Assembly (NCBI GenBank): GCA_963843375.1
Contig: CAWJKT010000004.1
Location: 320,001 to 384,000 of the forward strand
Length of the DNA stretch: 64,000 nt
Reading direction: 5' to 3'
Source: an uncultured Pseudomonadota bacterium
Lineage (GTDB): Bacteria; Oederibacteriota; Muellerivitia; Muellerivitales; Muellerivitaceae
Every line of letters begins with the position of its first letter. Position 1 is the first letter of the stretch. Of this stretch, positions 48,274 to 58,143 are shown piece by piece. Below the pieces are notes generated by a model, which was not told the DNA's origin, made no database searches, and worked only from the letters and a program-made list of their open reading frames with translations. The position numbers and the translations under genes are program-made.

Positions 48274-49989
48274 TTAAAGAGCCCGGGGAATGGTGAGGGT
48301 GAAACAGCTGCCCTTGGCCACCTGGGTAACGGCGCTGATATCCCCGCCCTGGGCCTTCATGAAATGCTTGGCCACATAGAGGCCCAAACCCGCGCCCGCA
48401 CTACCTGCTTCTTCTCCCAACACTCGTTTTTGGGTAAAGAGTTGGGCCATGGCGGTCTCGCTGATGCCCCGGCCGGTATCCTTGATCTTCAACAAAATCA
48501 CTCGGTCCTTGGCTTCAGCGCTGAGTGTGAGTCCGCCCTTGTCGGTAAACTTGATGGCGTTGTTGATGAGATTCCTCAGGGTTTCCACCATCTTGTCCCG
48601 GTCGGCAAGGACGTCGGGTATGCCATCCAGTCCTTCTAGCGTGAAGGAAAGCCCCTTTCGGGCCAGTATGGATTCATAATCCCTCATGGATAACCGGATG
48701 ATTTCCATCAGCGGCATTTTTTCTAAAATGGCGCTGGTTAATCCCCGTTCGATCTTGGAAAGGTTCAGAAGATCTGAAATCAAACGGTAATTATTCATCC
48801 CGATTTCCCGCATATCCATCAGGTATTCGGACTGTTTGGGCGATAATTCCCCGGCCAAACCCTCCAACAAGTTCTCGATATAGCCATTGATCTGGCCCAC
48901 GGGTGTTTTCAACTGGTGGGAAGCCACTGAGATCAGGCTTTGTTTCATTTCCTCCACGTTGCGGCGCTCAGTGATGTCGGAGAATATGGCCAAGCCGTAC
49001 TGGATTTCCCCCTTCAAACCGAAGACCGGCGTGCCCCATACCTGCAAGGGGATGATATGTCCATCCGGATGGTGGATTTCCACATCGTCAATGGTTGATT
49101 TTTCACCTTTCAAAGCTCGCGTGATCGGCATTTTCTCGGGAGGATAAAATTTGTTGGTGCCGGCCAAGTAGCCCTCATATGTAACCGCCAAGTTGTCCGT
49201 GTTGGTTTGAAGGATGCCGCGGCCCAAAAGCTCGCGGGCGACTTGGTTGGCATAAAAGGGTTTTCCGTCTTTGTCCAAGACAAAAATACCCAAAGGTACG
49301 GCTTCGAGAAACTGGAAAAGGCGGTATTCGTTAATCTGGAGCATTTCCTGTGCTTTTTCTTTTTCTCCGATTTCCGAACGAATGGTCAGGAGGGCACCGA
49401 AGGCGAAAAAGATGGCGATACAGGCGCCGCAAACCAGGATGCCTAGGGTGCCATGGCCATTGGCGTCCTCCGCGTCCCGTCGCTTGGCCAACAGGTTTTG
49501 CTCTTCCAGAATCATTCGGTCGATCCATCGATCCATAGTGTCGTTGTGGAGATTTTGAGGGTTTTTGAAATTGGCCATGGCTTCTTTGCCCCGGCCCGAA
49601 AGGCAGAGCCGGATGTTCAATCGCCTCGTCGAGAGGCTATTTTTGAGCAGGGGCATGAATTGGTGGAAATTCTCCCGCTGAACTGGATTGTCCGAGGTCA
49701 TTTCCTGGATGTCTAAGGCGGTCTTTTCGGCCAAGTTCAGGGAGGTTTCATCGGACTTCAGGAATTCGGGCTTGTTTAGGATCAAATAGGAATGATAAGA
49801 GGATTGGGCTTTTTTGAGGTTGTATTGCAAAACCTGGAGTTGGGAGATGGCGTCCATCGTGTGATCCACCAATCCGTTACTCTCCAACATCTTATTGATA
49901 CTGAAGAAGGAAAGGCAGCCAATTGCGAGAATGATTGTGGTCAGGATACCGAAACCAAGGAATAATTTTTGTTGTAGGGAAAATTTCAT
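48274..49989 (-). CDS. CHASE3-PAS sensor histidine kinase
   Basis: TM, CHASE3 (VDHT...SDNPVQ...EEQNLL.KR), TM, PAS, H box SHQLKTP, NLINNAIKFT, DTGRGI and GAGLGL. Confidence 0.92.
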   Translation of the reverse strand: MKFSLQQKLFLGFGILTTIILAIGCLSFFSINKMLESNGLVDHTMDAISQLQVLQYNLKKAQSSYHSYLILNKPEFLKSDETSLNLAEKTALDIQEMTSDNPVQRENFHQFMPLLKNSLSTRRLNIRLCLSGRGKEAMANFKNPQNLHNDTMDRWIDRMILEEQNLLAKRRDAEDANGHGTLGILVCGACIAIFFAFGALLTIRSEIGEKEKAQEMLQINEYRLFQFLEAVPLGIFVLDKDGKPFYANQVARELLGRGILQTNTDNLAVTYEGYLAGTNKFYPPEKMPITRALKGEKSTIDDVEIHHPDGHIIPLQVWGTPVFGLKGEIQYGLAIFSDITERRNVEEMKQSLISVASHQLKTPVGQINGYIENLLEGLAGELSPKQSEYLMDMREIGMNNYRLISDLLNLSKIERGLTSAILEKMPLMEIIRLSMRDYESILARKGLSFTLEGLDGIPDVLADRDKMVETLRNLINNAIKFTDKGGLTLSAEAKDRVILLKIKDTGRGISETAMAQLFTQKRVLGEEAGSAGAGLGLYVAKHFMKAQGGDISAVTQVAKGSCFTLTIPRAL

Positions 49990-50166
49990 GGCCGCTTTTC
50001 AGAGGAGGTTGGCCCGATTATACCAATGAAAATTAAACGCGGGGATTTTACCGATTATTTGAAGGAATCGGACAAAAACATCGCCGTTCAACCCCTTCAA
50101 CTCTTTAATTGTGTTGAAAGGGTTGGGCGAATCGGGGGCTGGGCGGGATTCATTTCCAGGAAAAAC

Positions 50167-50496
50167 TTACTTTTCCTTGACCATGACTGCCGTGCCGTAA
50201 CACAAAACCTCGGTAATGCCCTGCATGATTTCGGTGGCGTCGTAACGTACTCCGACAACTGCGTTGGCGCCCAATTGCTCGGCGTGCTTCATCATCATGT
50301 CGAAGGCCTCCCCGCGGGCTTGTTCGCAGAGGTTGGTAAAGAGGGTAATGTTGCCCCCGAATATCGCCTGCAGGCCCGCGCCAATATTGCCGATCACCGA
50401 GCGGGACCGCACCACAATACCTCGAACGACACCCGCGTTTTTTACTGTCTCATAACCGTCCAGCTCAAAAGTCGTCGTCGTCATGTTGTGGTTCAT
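50167..50496 (-). CDS. YbjQ/UPF0145 family protein
   Basis: [12 protein letters not shown]...FGGNI...[11 protein letters not shown]...EVLCYGTAV. Confidence 0.92.
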   Translation of the reverse strand: MNHNMTTTTFELDGYETVKNAGVVRGIVVRSRSVIGNIGAGLQAIFGGNITLFTNLCEQARGEAFDMMMKHAEQLGANAVVGVRYDATEIMQGITEVLCYGTAVMVKEK

Positions 50497-50590
50497 AAAA
50501 ACCTCCTTATAGTAAACGTCGGTTCATTATAGGAATTGAAAAGAAGCTTTCCAGTGAGCAATGACATGTAAACCGGGCATCAGAAAAGGT

Positions 50591-52339
50591 CTAAATTTGG
50601 ATGATTTTGCGTTTGTGGTCGAGGAAGTCTCTTAACACGTATTGGGTCAGCTTTTCGGGGGCTGGGAATATCAACCGGCCTTTGTTGATCTTGTGCATGG
50701 CCTCCAAAAAATCCCCCTCGCCGAAATAGCCCATATCCACCTCGTTGCCCATCATGAAGGTATTGAGGGTGATGTTCTCGTCGGTAACGGCCTTTACCTC
50801 CCTTAAGGTTCGCTGGTAAGTTCGCTCGTTAGGCGGGTAAGTCAGGTACAAGAAGGAGCCCTCATAAAAGGCGGTGGGGGCCCCATCGGTAATAAGAAGA
50901 ATACTCTTGTTCCGGGTCTCGGTGTTGGCAAGAAGCACCCGAGCCAGTTCCAATCCCTTTTGCAGGTTGGTGAAATGCTGGGGAATAGAATCCCGGTCTC
51001 GTTGGGTGAGCCCCCTGGAAAAATCGACTCGCATATTGACGGCGCCGCCCATAATGGAAATGGGCTTGGGGGCCAACTCGGGAATAGCGCCCACGGAAAT
51101 CTGCTTGGCGAATGTGGAAAAGCAAACAAAGTAAAGTTTGTCCTCGGGGTACTCGGTGTGGACAAGGGAATCCAAGGCCAGGGCCAGTTTCTTGGTATTG
51201 TAAAAACGGCCGTAGCGGCTCATGGAACCGGACTGGTCAATGAGCATGACAATAGCGGAAGAGGCGGCGCCCTTGGTTTGGTGCACCATGAAGTCTCGGC
51301 TGTCGATGTGAATTCGCCCTTTCTTCACGCCCTCAGGCGAACCCACCTGGCGAATAGCCGAATTCAAAAGGCTTCCCGGAAGGTCCAGCGTGGTCAGTGA
51401 ATCGCCGAACTCATAGGGGCGGGTGGGTGTCATTTCCACGTTGCCGTCGCCGGTGTAGGTGGCGTGGTGACGGCCCATGCCGTCGGTAAAGAGGCGCGAA
51501 AAGACTTCTTTCAGGGCTTTCTCCCCGATCTTACGGGCGGCGCCGGGCGTAATTTTATAGATGTCCGACTCCTCATCGTAATCCACGTCGCCGGTGGCCT
51601 TGAGGGCTTCCGTAAATTGTTGTTTCAGTTCGTCCCGCTTGGCTTGGAGAGCCTGGGCCGCTTCTTCCCCAAGGATGTCCTTCAAGGTTTCCACTTCCAT
51701 ATTAAATAGATCCCCGTATTCCAAAGCGTCCTTTAGCTGCTGTTCCAATTCTTCGAGGCTTTTCAGTCGTTCCTTCAGGCGCTCGGCCTCGGAAGGAGTG
51801 GGGGTTTTGGGGCCTGTAAAGTCGTGACGATCATAAAGGTCCTTCAGGGAATTTATCTGTTGGATAAGGTAGTTGAGTTTCTGCAAAAATTCCCGGGCCT
51901 CATTAGACGCCTTGTTCTGCATGCGGGAAAGCTGCCAGTCAAGGTTGTAAAGTTGGGATGGGTTACGTTGTTGAAGGGCGTCTTCCAGTTTTTGGGAAAG
52001 AGTCTTGTCCTTAAACTTTGAGACCAATTGCTCCAAGGCCATCGATTTGCGGCGAATTTCCTGTTCTATTTTGTTCAGGAGTTCGTCTAGGCGGTAACCT
52101 TCCAGGATTTCTTTCTTTCGCTTTTCGACCTCATCCATATAGCCCTGGATCAAGTCCTGCAAGCCGCTGGTCTTCATGAACTGGTTATAGGGTATGCCCT
52201 TTTCCTGCAGGTGCCGAAGAGCTTCGTCGAAGGTGACGTGGTATTGCATCATCAATTCCTTCACCGCATTGACCAAGTCCTCCAGCGTGAAAGGGTTTTT
52301 TTCGGGTTCGCGCCATTCGGAATAATCGTGAGTAATCAT
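50591..52339 (-). CDS. VWA domain protein with a long coiled-coil N-terminus (AAA+ partner)
   Basis: MIDAS elements DQSGSM, FTNLQKGL and ITDGAPTA; TRPYEFGD motif. Confidence 0.88.
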   Translation of the reverse strand: MITHDYSEWREPEKNPFTLEDLVNAVKELMMQYHVTFDEALRHLQEKGIPYNQFMKTSGLQDLIQGYMDEVEKRKKEILEGYRLDELLNKIEQEIRRKSMALEQLVSKFKDKTLSQKLEDALQQRNPSQLYNLDWQLSRMQNKASNEAREFLQKLNYLIQQINSLKDLYDRHDFTGPKTPTPSEAERLKERLKSLEELEQQLKDALEYGDLFNMEVETLKDILGEEAAQALQAKRDELKQQFTEALKATGDVDYDEESDIYKITPGAARKIGEKALKEVFSRLFTDGMGRHHATYTGDGNVEMTPTRPYEFGDSLTTLDLPGSLLNSAIRQVGSPEGVKKGRIHIDSRDFMVHQTKGAASSAIVMLIDQSGSMSRYGRFYNTKKLALALDSLVHTEYPEDKLYFVCFSTFAKQISVGAIPELAPKPISIMGGAVNMRVDFSRGLTQRDRDSIPQHFTNLQKGLELARVLLANTETRNKSILLITDGAPTAFYEGSFLYLTYPPNERTYQRTLREVKAVTDENITLNTFMMGNEVDMGYFGEGDFLEAMHKINKGRLIFPAPEKLTQYVLRDFLDHKRKIIQI

Positions 52340-52408
52340 TGAAAACCTTTGAGCGGATTCGCACGGTGGAATTTCTTTAAAACCCTGTCCATCCGCGTTG
52401 ATCGGCGG

Positions 52409-53833
52409 TTAAGTCTTTTTCTTTGGGGCGGCGGAAGTTTGGTAATCCATCATCTCGCCAACCTTGTTCCTCGAGAGTTTCCCCATGAGATGCAGCCCTT
52501 CCAGTACGAATTCCACGCAGGAGGACTGGTAGGGATCGGAGCCTTTTTCGCTTAAATGCTGGACCGGCTCCCAAATTTGGGGGAGCTGGGAAATGATTTT
52601 CTTATAATCGGCTGCGGGGGTCAGGTCCGACACGCGGATATGCTTTTCCCCGGCCATATCCGGGACTACCAGGTCCAAATGGTCTTTCTCCATGTGTTCC
52701 TTGAAGACCACCATGACGGCCTTGTCCATGATTTTTCCAAAAACCTGATGTTCCGTGACGGTCTCCTCGCGGAAGGGATCGAGCTCAATTTTGCCTGAGG
52801 AAGAGGTGTAGAGGTAATTCAAATCCGACATGCGGGGAACGGCCTCGGTTTCACCCAGAATGCAAGCCCGACGCCGGGAGTTCGCGATCATCGTTTCATA
52901 ATTGGCGATGGAAAGTCGGGCCGAAACTCCCGACTTCTGGTTCACATAGGGACTCTTGCGGGCTTCAATGGTTATTTGCTCGATGATTTCAGTCATGAAG
53001 TCGGGGACTGTCAGAGTGACCTCGTCGTTTCTGGGGACTCGGGCTTCCTGGTGGATGATCTTGATCCCCAACTCGCGGTTCAAGGGATAGTGGGTGCGGA
53101 TCTCGGCGCCGATACGGTCCTTGAGCTGGGTGATGATCTTGCCCGCCCTGGTATATTCCTCGGGGTTGGCGGTAAAGAGGAGGAGAATGTCGAGGTTGAA
53201 CCGGATGGGATAACCCCTCACTTGGATATCCCGTTCCTCCAAAATATTAAAGAGCGCCACCTGCACCAAATATTCCAAGTCCGGCAATTCGTTCACGGCG
53301 AAAATGCCGCGGTTCATACGGGGAATAAGGCCGAAGTGGATGGCTTCCTCACTCGCCAACGGATTGCCCGCCGCTACTTTGGCGGGATCCAGGTCGCCGA
53401 TCAAGTCCGCGATCTTGGTTCCGGGGGAAAGACGCTCGGCATAACGTTCATCCCTTCCGATCCAGGCGATTTCCAGGTTTTCCCCGTGTTCGGCCAGCTT
53501 CTTGCGACAGGAGGCGCAGATGGGATGGTAGGGATGGTCGTGGATTTCACAGCCCTTGACGATGGGCATTTCCTCGTCCAAAAACTGCATCAGGGACCGC
53601 ATGATGCGGCTCTTGGCCTGGCCCTTCTCGCCCAAAAGGACAATATCATGGTGGGAAAGAATCGCGTTGGTCAATTGAGGCAGCACGGTCTCTTCAAAAC
53701 CATGGATATGGGGAAAAAGGGGCCCGCCGGAACGGATCTTTTTCAAAAGATTCCGCTCCAGTTCTTCCTTCACGGTGAAATCGCCATAGCCGGAAGCGCG
53801 CAATTCCTTCAAGTTCATCGGTTTGGGCGGCAT
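52409..53833 (-). CDS. AAA+ ATPase (Mg-chelatase subunit I/MoxR-related)
   Basis: Walker A variant GEKGQAKS, Walker B FAVNELPDL, FTANPEEYT, LKDRIG and SGVSAR. Confidence 0.88.
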   Translation of the reverse strand: MPPKPMNLKELRASGYGDFTVKEELERNLLKKIRSGGPLFPHIHGFEETVLPQLTNAILSHHDIVLLGEKGQAKSRIMRSLMQFLDEEMPIVKGCEIHDHPYHPICASCRKKLAEHGENLEIAWIGRDERYAERLSPGTKIADLIGDLDPAKVAAGNPLASEEAIHFGLIPRMNRGIFAVNELPDLEYLVQVALFNILEERDIQVRGYPIRFNLDILLLFTANPEEYTRAGKIITQLKDRIGAEIRTHYPLNRELGIKIIHQEARVPRNDEVTLTVPDFMTEIIEQITIEARKSPYVNQKSGVSARLSIANYETMIANSRRRACILGETEAVPRMSDLNYLYTSSSGKIELDPFREETVTEHQVFGKIMDKAVMVVFKEHMEKDHLDLVVPDMAGEKHIRVSDLTPAADYKKIISQLPQIWEPVQHLSEKGSDPYQSSCVEFVLEGLHLMGKLSRNKVGEMMDYQTSAAPKKKT

Positions 53834-53900
53834 GAAAATCCCTTCAATTGGTTTGATATCTTTTCATCTTACGGGTTTAAAAGCACTGGATTCAAGGGCA

Positions 53901-55772
53901 CTAGGGCGTAAAAAGGTTAAGCGAGTTGTAAATACCCCAAATTCCCAAAAGCGAAGGATGGCGGTTGGAAGGGTCGTCCGAGAGGTGCCGTAATCGCAGG
54001 CCGCCCTTTGCCAGGACGGGGCTTGCCAAGAAGGGCTTCCTCGCCAATTCAAGGATATTGCCTGATCTTCCCAGAAGAAAGGTGGGATTTCGAGAAAGAT
54101 AAAAATGGTGAAAGGGTCCGTCGAAATAAGAAAATGCCACGGGAAATTTGTTCCGATTCTTGATCACGATTTCCGAGGTCGAAAAAATGATGCGGGCGAA
54201 GTGGTCGGGGAAATTCATGGAGGAGGCGGTGAGGCCAAGGTCCGGGAAAAGCCATTCGGTTTGGTCGGCCCCCCAGGTTTCGAAAAGAGTGAAGGCGGGG
54301 ATCATGCGCACGTCCGGCCGCTGGTACAAGACATTTTGGAGGTAGTAGAGGCTGAAATAATCCTCGTCCGCTTCGGCAAAAAAGACCGAATGGGGGGGGG
54401 TGGATTTAAGGAGGTTCTCGCCGTAGTCGTAGGAGAGGGTTTGCTTTTCCTGGTTTAACTGGTCGAACTCCTTGAATGCCATCAAAAGCGGAATGGCTCC
54501 CAAAAGCAGAAAGGCCAGGGGCGCCACCCTGGAGGCGGAACGGTAAAGCCGGGAAAGAAGAAAAAACATTCCCACCGCAGCCAGAAGGGCCAGAATCCAA
54601 TCTCCCGGGATGAGGAAATTATCCAGCATCCAAGTGGAGTTTGAGTTGTCCGGAATCCTTAAAGCCGTGAGCAAGGCTCCCAGAAGACTGGCGAGGCAAA
54701 GAAGCAGGAATAAAAGAAGTCTCTTTTCGCGTAAGCGAAGCCAAACCAAGAGTCCCGGAACTGTCAAAATCAGAGGCAAGAGTCCGGTGTTGACCAGAAG
54801 ATGGCTTAAAATGGGACGACCCTGGATTTTCAAGATGAGTCGAAATAAATCGGTGAATTGACCCCAGGTGGAATTACCCCCGTAGAAATTGTCCAGTAGG
54901 TTCACGAGGCTGGTTTCCCGAAAAGAAACGTAGCTTCTGGAAAGGTCCGCGATAAAAAGGGAAAAGGAGCCCGGGGCTCCCAGGTTCAAAACCGGATGGG
55001 CTTGGGAGCGGAGGGGCAGATAAAGCAGGGGGGACAGGGCCAAAATAAAAAAGGAAAAGTATTTGAGAATGGAAGCGGACCGATAGAAATTCGATTTTTC
55101 GCCCAGGGGCAGGAAATTGAACAAAAGAAAAGCGGGCAAGAAGACCATTTGGGTTTCCCAATGATTCGCAAAACCCAAGCCTAAAAGAAAAAAAGAAAGA
55201 AAAATCCAAGGTGGTTTTGGTGAGAATATCGGGAAAGCTTGGCGAAGAATGCATGCGGTAAGGGCTAATTGAAGGCCGACGCTTAGAAGGTAAATTCCTC
55301 CCTTGGCGCCCAGGGCGTTTCGCCAATAGGCGGGTGAAAAAGCCAAAAGGAGCGAACCCCAAAGGGCGCAAAAAAGAAGAAGCTTTTCATCCGGGAACTT
55401 GTCTTCCCAAAGGGATTTCAAGGTGAAATGGATAATCCAAGCCAGCAAGACGACCGAAATGGAACCCCATAAGGCCGATCCCACATTAACTCGAAAACAG
55501 GGGTTGCCAACAGGCAAAAGGAAGAAGACCTTCCCCCAGAGGGCCGCGAGTGCGTAACCGGGCGGATGCTGGAGCCCCAAGGTGGCGCCGGCGGCCACGG
55601 TTTCCGCCGAATCATCGTTGGGAAAAGCCGGATTCAATGTGCGGAGGTAGATTTCAAAACAACCCAGAAGAAGAACGGCCATCGAAAGGGTTCGGAAGAA
55701 ACGGATGGAAAGGGCTTTTGGAGCGAATTGGGTCAAGGGTTGGGCCTCGTTTAATATTATAACCGGGGACAA
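53901..55772 (-). CDS. DUF2723 / TMEM260-like membrane glycosyltransferase (putative protein O-mannosyltransferase)
   Basis: DDSAE...LGLQHPPGY, LGLGFANH, YLPLRS..P.LN.G.P and YFSLYYLQ...RPDV; exact start uncertain. Confidence 0.82.
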   Translation of the reverse strand: MSPVIILNEAQPLTQFAPKALSIRFFRTLSMAVLLLGCFEIYLRTLNPAFPNDDSAETVAAGATLGLQHPPGYALAALWGKVFFLLPVGNPCFRVNVGSALWGSISVVLLAWIIHFTLKSLWEDKFPDEKLLLFCALWGSLLLAFSPAYWRNALGAKGGIYLLSVGLQLALTACILRQAFPIFSPKPPWIFLSFFLLGLGFANHWETQMVFLPAFLLFNFLPLGEKSNFYRSASILKYFSFFILALSPLLYLPLRSQAHPVLNLGAPGSFSLFIADLSRSYVSFRETSLVNLLDNFYGGNSTWGQFTDLFRLILKIQGRPILSHLLVNTGLLPLILTVPGLLVWLRLREKRLLLFLLLCLASLLGALLTALRIPDNSNSTWMLDNFLIPGDWILALLAAVGMFFLLSRLYRSASRVAPLAFLLLGAIPLLMAFKEFDQLNQEKQTLSYDYGENLLKSTPPHSVFFAEADEDYFSLYYLQNVLYQRPDVRMIPAFTLFETWGADQTEWLFPDLGLTASSMNFPDHFARIIFSTSEIVIKNRNKFPVAFSYFDGPFHHFYLSRNPTFLLGRSGNILELARKPFLASPVLAKGGLRLRHLSDDPSNRHPSLLGIWGIYNSLNLFTP

Positions 55773-55877
55773 AGTAAAAGAGTTTTCCGAATCCTTGGAA
55801 CGGGAAAGGGCTTTTGGGTTAAAATAAGCCAGCCCTACTCCTCAGCGACAACCCAATAACCATAAAAAAGAGAATCC

Positions 55878-57485
55878 ATGCCCGAACTGATCGAAACTCC
55901 TCAAAAAACTTTTATCTCCTCCGAACCCAAAGTTACCCTTGTTAATACCTTCCACCAGCCTTTCGACAACGCGGTGGCCACCGCTCGCACCTGTTATTCC
56001 AGCAAGGGCATTATCACTGCGGGCCAGGTATCGGGAGAAGGACTGGACGAGGAAAAACAGGAAGACCGCCACCAGAAACGCGACGAATTGGCCCGCTCCA
56101 TTTACAAAGCGGGGCACCATACCACGCTCCAACACGCCCATTTCCAATTCGCCCTCGAAAATGTTTCACGGCAATTCATTTGGAGTTTTCTGCACAGCCA
56201 CCCCTTTTATAATTCCGAGCAGGTATCCCAACGCTACGTGACGGTGAATCCCACCCAGATGGCCGTACCCCCCTTAGACCGTGAAGCGGCCAAGGTTTAC
56301 CTTAGGACCATCGCTCTTCAAACTCAGGCTTATGAAGAGTTGACCGAATCCCTGAAGCCGTTGGTCGAACAGGAATACCTTTCCCGGTTCAAGCATGCGG
56401 ACCCCAAGGGCAAAAAGGTCCTTATGGCAGTCCAAAAGAAATCCCAGGAAGTCGCACGGTACGTACTACCGGTGGCCACCTTTGCTTATCTATACCACAC
56501 GATATCGGGGTTGACCCTTCTTCGTTATTGGCGTCTTTGCCAAACCTTTGACGCCCCGTTGGAGCAGCGGTTGGTGGTTGGCAAGATGGTGGAAGCGGTC
56601 TTAAAAGAAGCCCCCGCCTATAAGGCGATTATGGAACAACCTCTAGCCTTTGAATCCACCGCTGAGGCGAAAATGTACGAGGAGTTCCACGCCACCACCG
56701 CCACCCACAAAATTTTCCGCCAGGAGTTCGACGCTTCTCTCGGTGGCCGCACCTCCAAGCTGGTGGATTATTCCAAAGAGGGGGAAAAGATGCTGGCTTC
56801 GGCGGTGCGGGAGGTGTTCGGATTGCCGGCATCCGCTCTTTCCGACGACGAGGCAATCATTTTGGCGCTGGATCCCTCCAAAAACAAATACCTGGGGGAA
56901 ACCCTGAATGTGACCACCCACAGCAAACTTTCCCGGGCCCTTTTCCATCCCCATTACACCTTCCGCAAGAAAATTTCCCATACCGGGGATTCCCAAGACC
57001 AGCGGCACCGCATGACGCCCGCTTCCCGCCCCATCCTTCACGCCCTCACCCTGGACGAGCCGGATTACCTGGTTCCCGTCCTTTTTAAACAAGATAGGGA
57101 ATTGGAAAGACGCTTCGCCGAAGTCATGGACCAGAGCTGGGAAGCCATCGTCCAACTCCGCAAGATGGGCGTCTCCGAGGAGTTTGCGGCTTACTTACTG
57201 CCTAACGCGGTATCGGTGCGATTCACCGAATCGGCGGATCTTTTGAACCTGCACCACAAGCACGCAATGCGGCTTTGCTATAACGCCCAGGAGGAAATCT
57301 GGCAGGCCTCAGTGGACGAAGCCCAGCAGGTGAGGGAAATCCATCCCCGAATCGGGAAGTGGCTTTTGCCGCCTTGTACCCTTCGGGCTTTCGCTGGAAC
57401 TCTGCCCAAATGCCCTGAAGGGGATCGTTTCTGCGGCGTCGTCGTTTGGAAAAAAGACCTGAACGAATACCAAAGAGTTATTTAA
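55878..57485 (+). CDS. thyX: FAD-dependent thymidylate synthase-like protein with two tandem ThyX domains
   Basis: Domain 1: ARTCYS, GHHTTLQH, VSR, SEQVSQRYV and EVARYVLP. Domain 2: QDQRHR, AAYLLPNA and RLCYNAQEEI. Confidence 0.8.
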   Translation: MPELIETPQKTFISSEPKVTLVNTFHQPFDNAVATARTCYSSKGIITAGQVSGEGLDEEKQEDRHQKRDELARSIYKAGHHTTLQHAHFQFALENVSRQFIWSFLHSHPFYNSEQVSQRYVTVNPTQMAVPPLDREAAKVYLRTIALQTQAYEELTESLKPLVEQEYLSRFKHADPKGKKVLMAVQKKSQEVARYVLPVATFAYLYHTISGLTLLRYWRLCQTFDAPLEQRLVVGKMVEAVLKEAPAYKAIMEQPLAFESTAEAKMYEEFHATTATHKIFRQEFDASLGGRTSKLVDYSKEGEKMLASAVREVFGLPASALSDDEAIILALDPSKNKYLGETLNVTTHSKLSRALFHPHYTFRKKISHTGDSQDQRHRMTPASRPILHALTLDEPDYLVPVLFKQDRELERRFAEVMDQSWEAIVQLRKMGVSEEFAAYLLPNAVSVRFTESADLLNLHHKHAMRLCYNAQEEIWQASVDEAQQVREIHPRIGKWLLPPCTLRAFAGTLPKCPEGDRFCGVVVWKKDLNEYQRVI

Positions 57486-57537
57486 AAGCCGTTTCAGCCG
57501 TCCAATCTGGGCTTCTGCTTTTGGCGGGGAGGCTAAA

Positions 57538-58041
57538 ATGAATTATCGCTTTTCTCAAGTCCTCTGGGTCCCAGGCTTTCTTTTGATGATGGGGCTTCAT
57601 TCCGCCTTCGCCCAAACCAAGAACCCCCCCATGCTCCTGCTGGCAGCCTCTCCCAACCAGGCCGTCCTGGTCCAGGCCCTGCGGTTTTGGGTCTATGAGA
57701 AAAGCACTGACGTGGTGAATGATGTGACCGGGCTTTTTGACAGCAAGGCCCAGAAAATTACCCTGAAGTGCGAATTGAAAAATCTCACAGGCAAAGAAAT
57801 CCATGGAGTCCGGGGCATTCTGCGGTTTACGACTTTCTTCGGAGAGAAGATCGTGGATATTTCCATTGAAACTACCGCCGCCATTCCCCCCGGACAAGTG
57901 ATCGGGGTAAATTGGAATATTCCCACTGACCGTTTGAGTCCTGAGGAATTTGAAAAACTAAAAAAGACGAAGTTGGAACAGATGAAACAGGTTTGGTATC
58001 CCTCCATGATCGTTTTCACGGACGGGACCAGCCTTAAATAA
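57538..58041 (+). CDS. Secreted hypothetical protein (beta-rich)
   Basis: Signal peptide ending AFA; LKNLTGKEI.GV.G...IVFTDGTSL; SD GGGAGG. Confidence 0.7.
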   Translation: MNYRFSQVLWVPGFLLMMGLHSAFAQTKNPPMLLLAASPNQAVLVQALRFWVYEKSTDVVNDVTGLFDSKAQKITLKCELKNLTGKEIHGVRGILRFTTFFGEKIVDISIETTAAIPPGQVIGVNWNIPTDRLSPEEFEKLKKTKLEQMKQVWYPSMIVFTDGTSLK

Positions 58042-58143
58042 AAACTCCCGGCCTCGATTTAGCTCCGATTTTCGCCCTTAAAAAAAGAGGCCTCCAATTC
58101 AATCGAGGTTGAATTGCGCAAATCTGGGGTTAAGATGTGCCCC

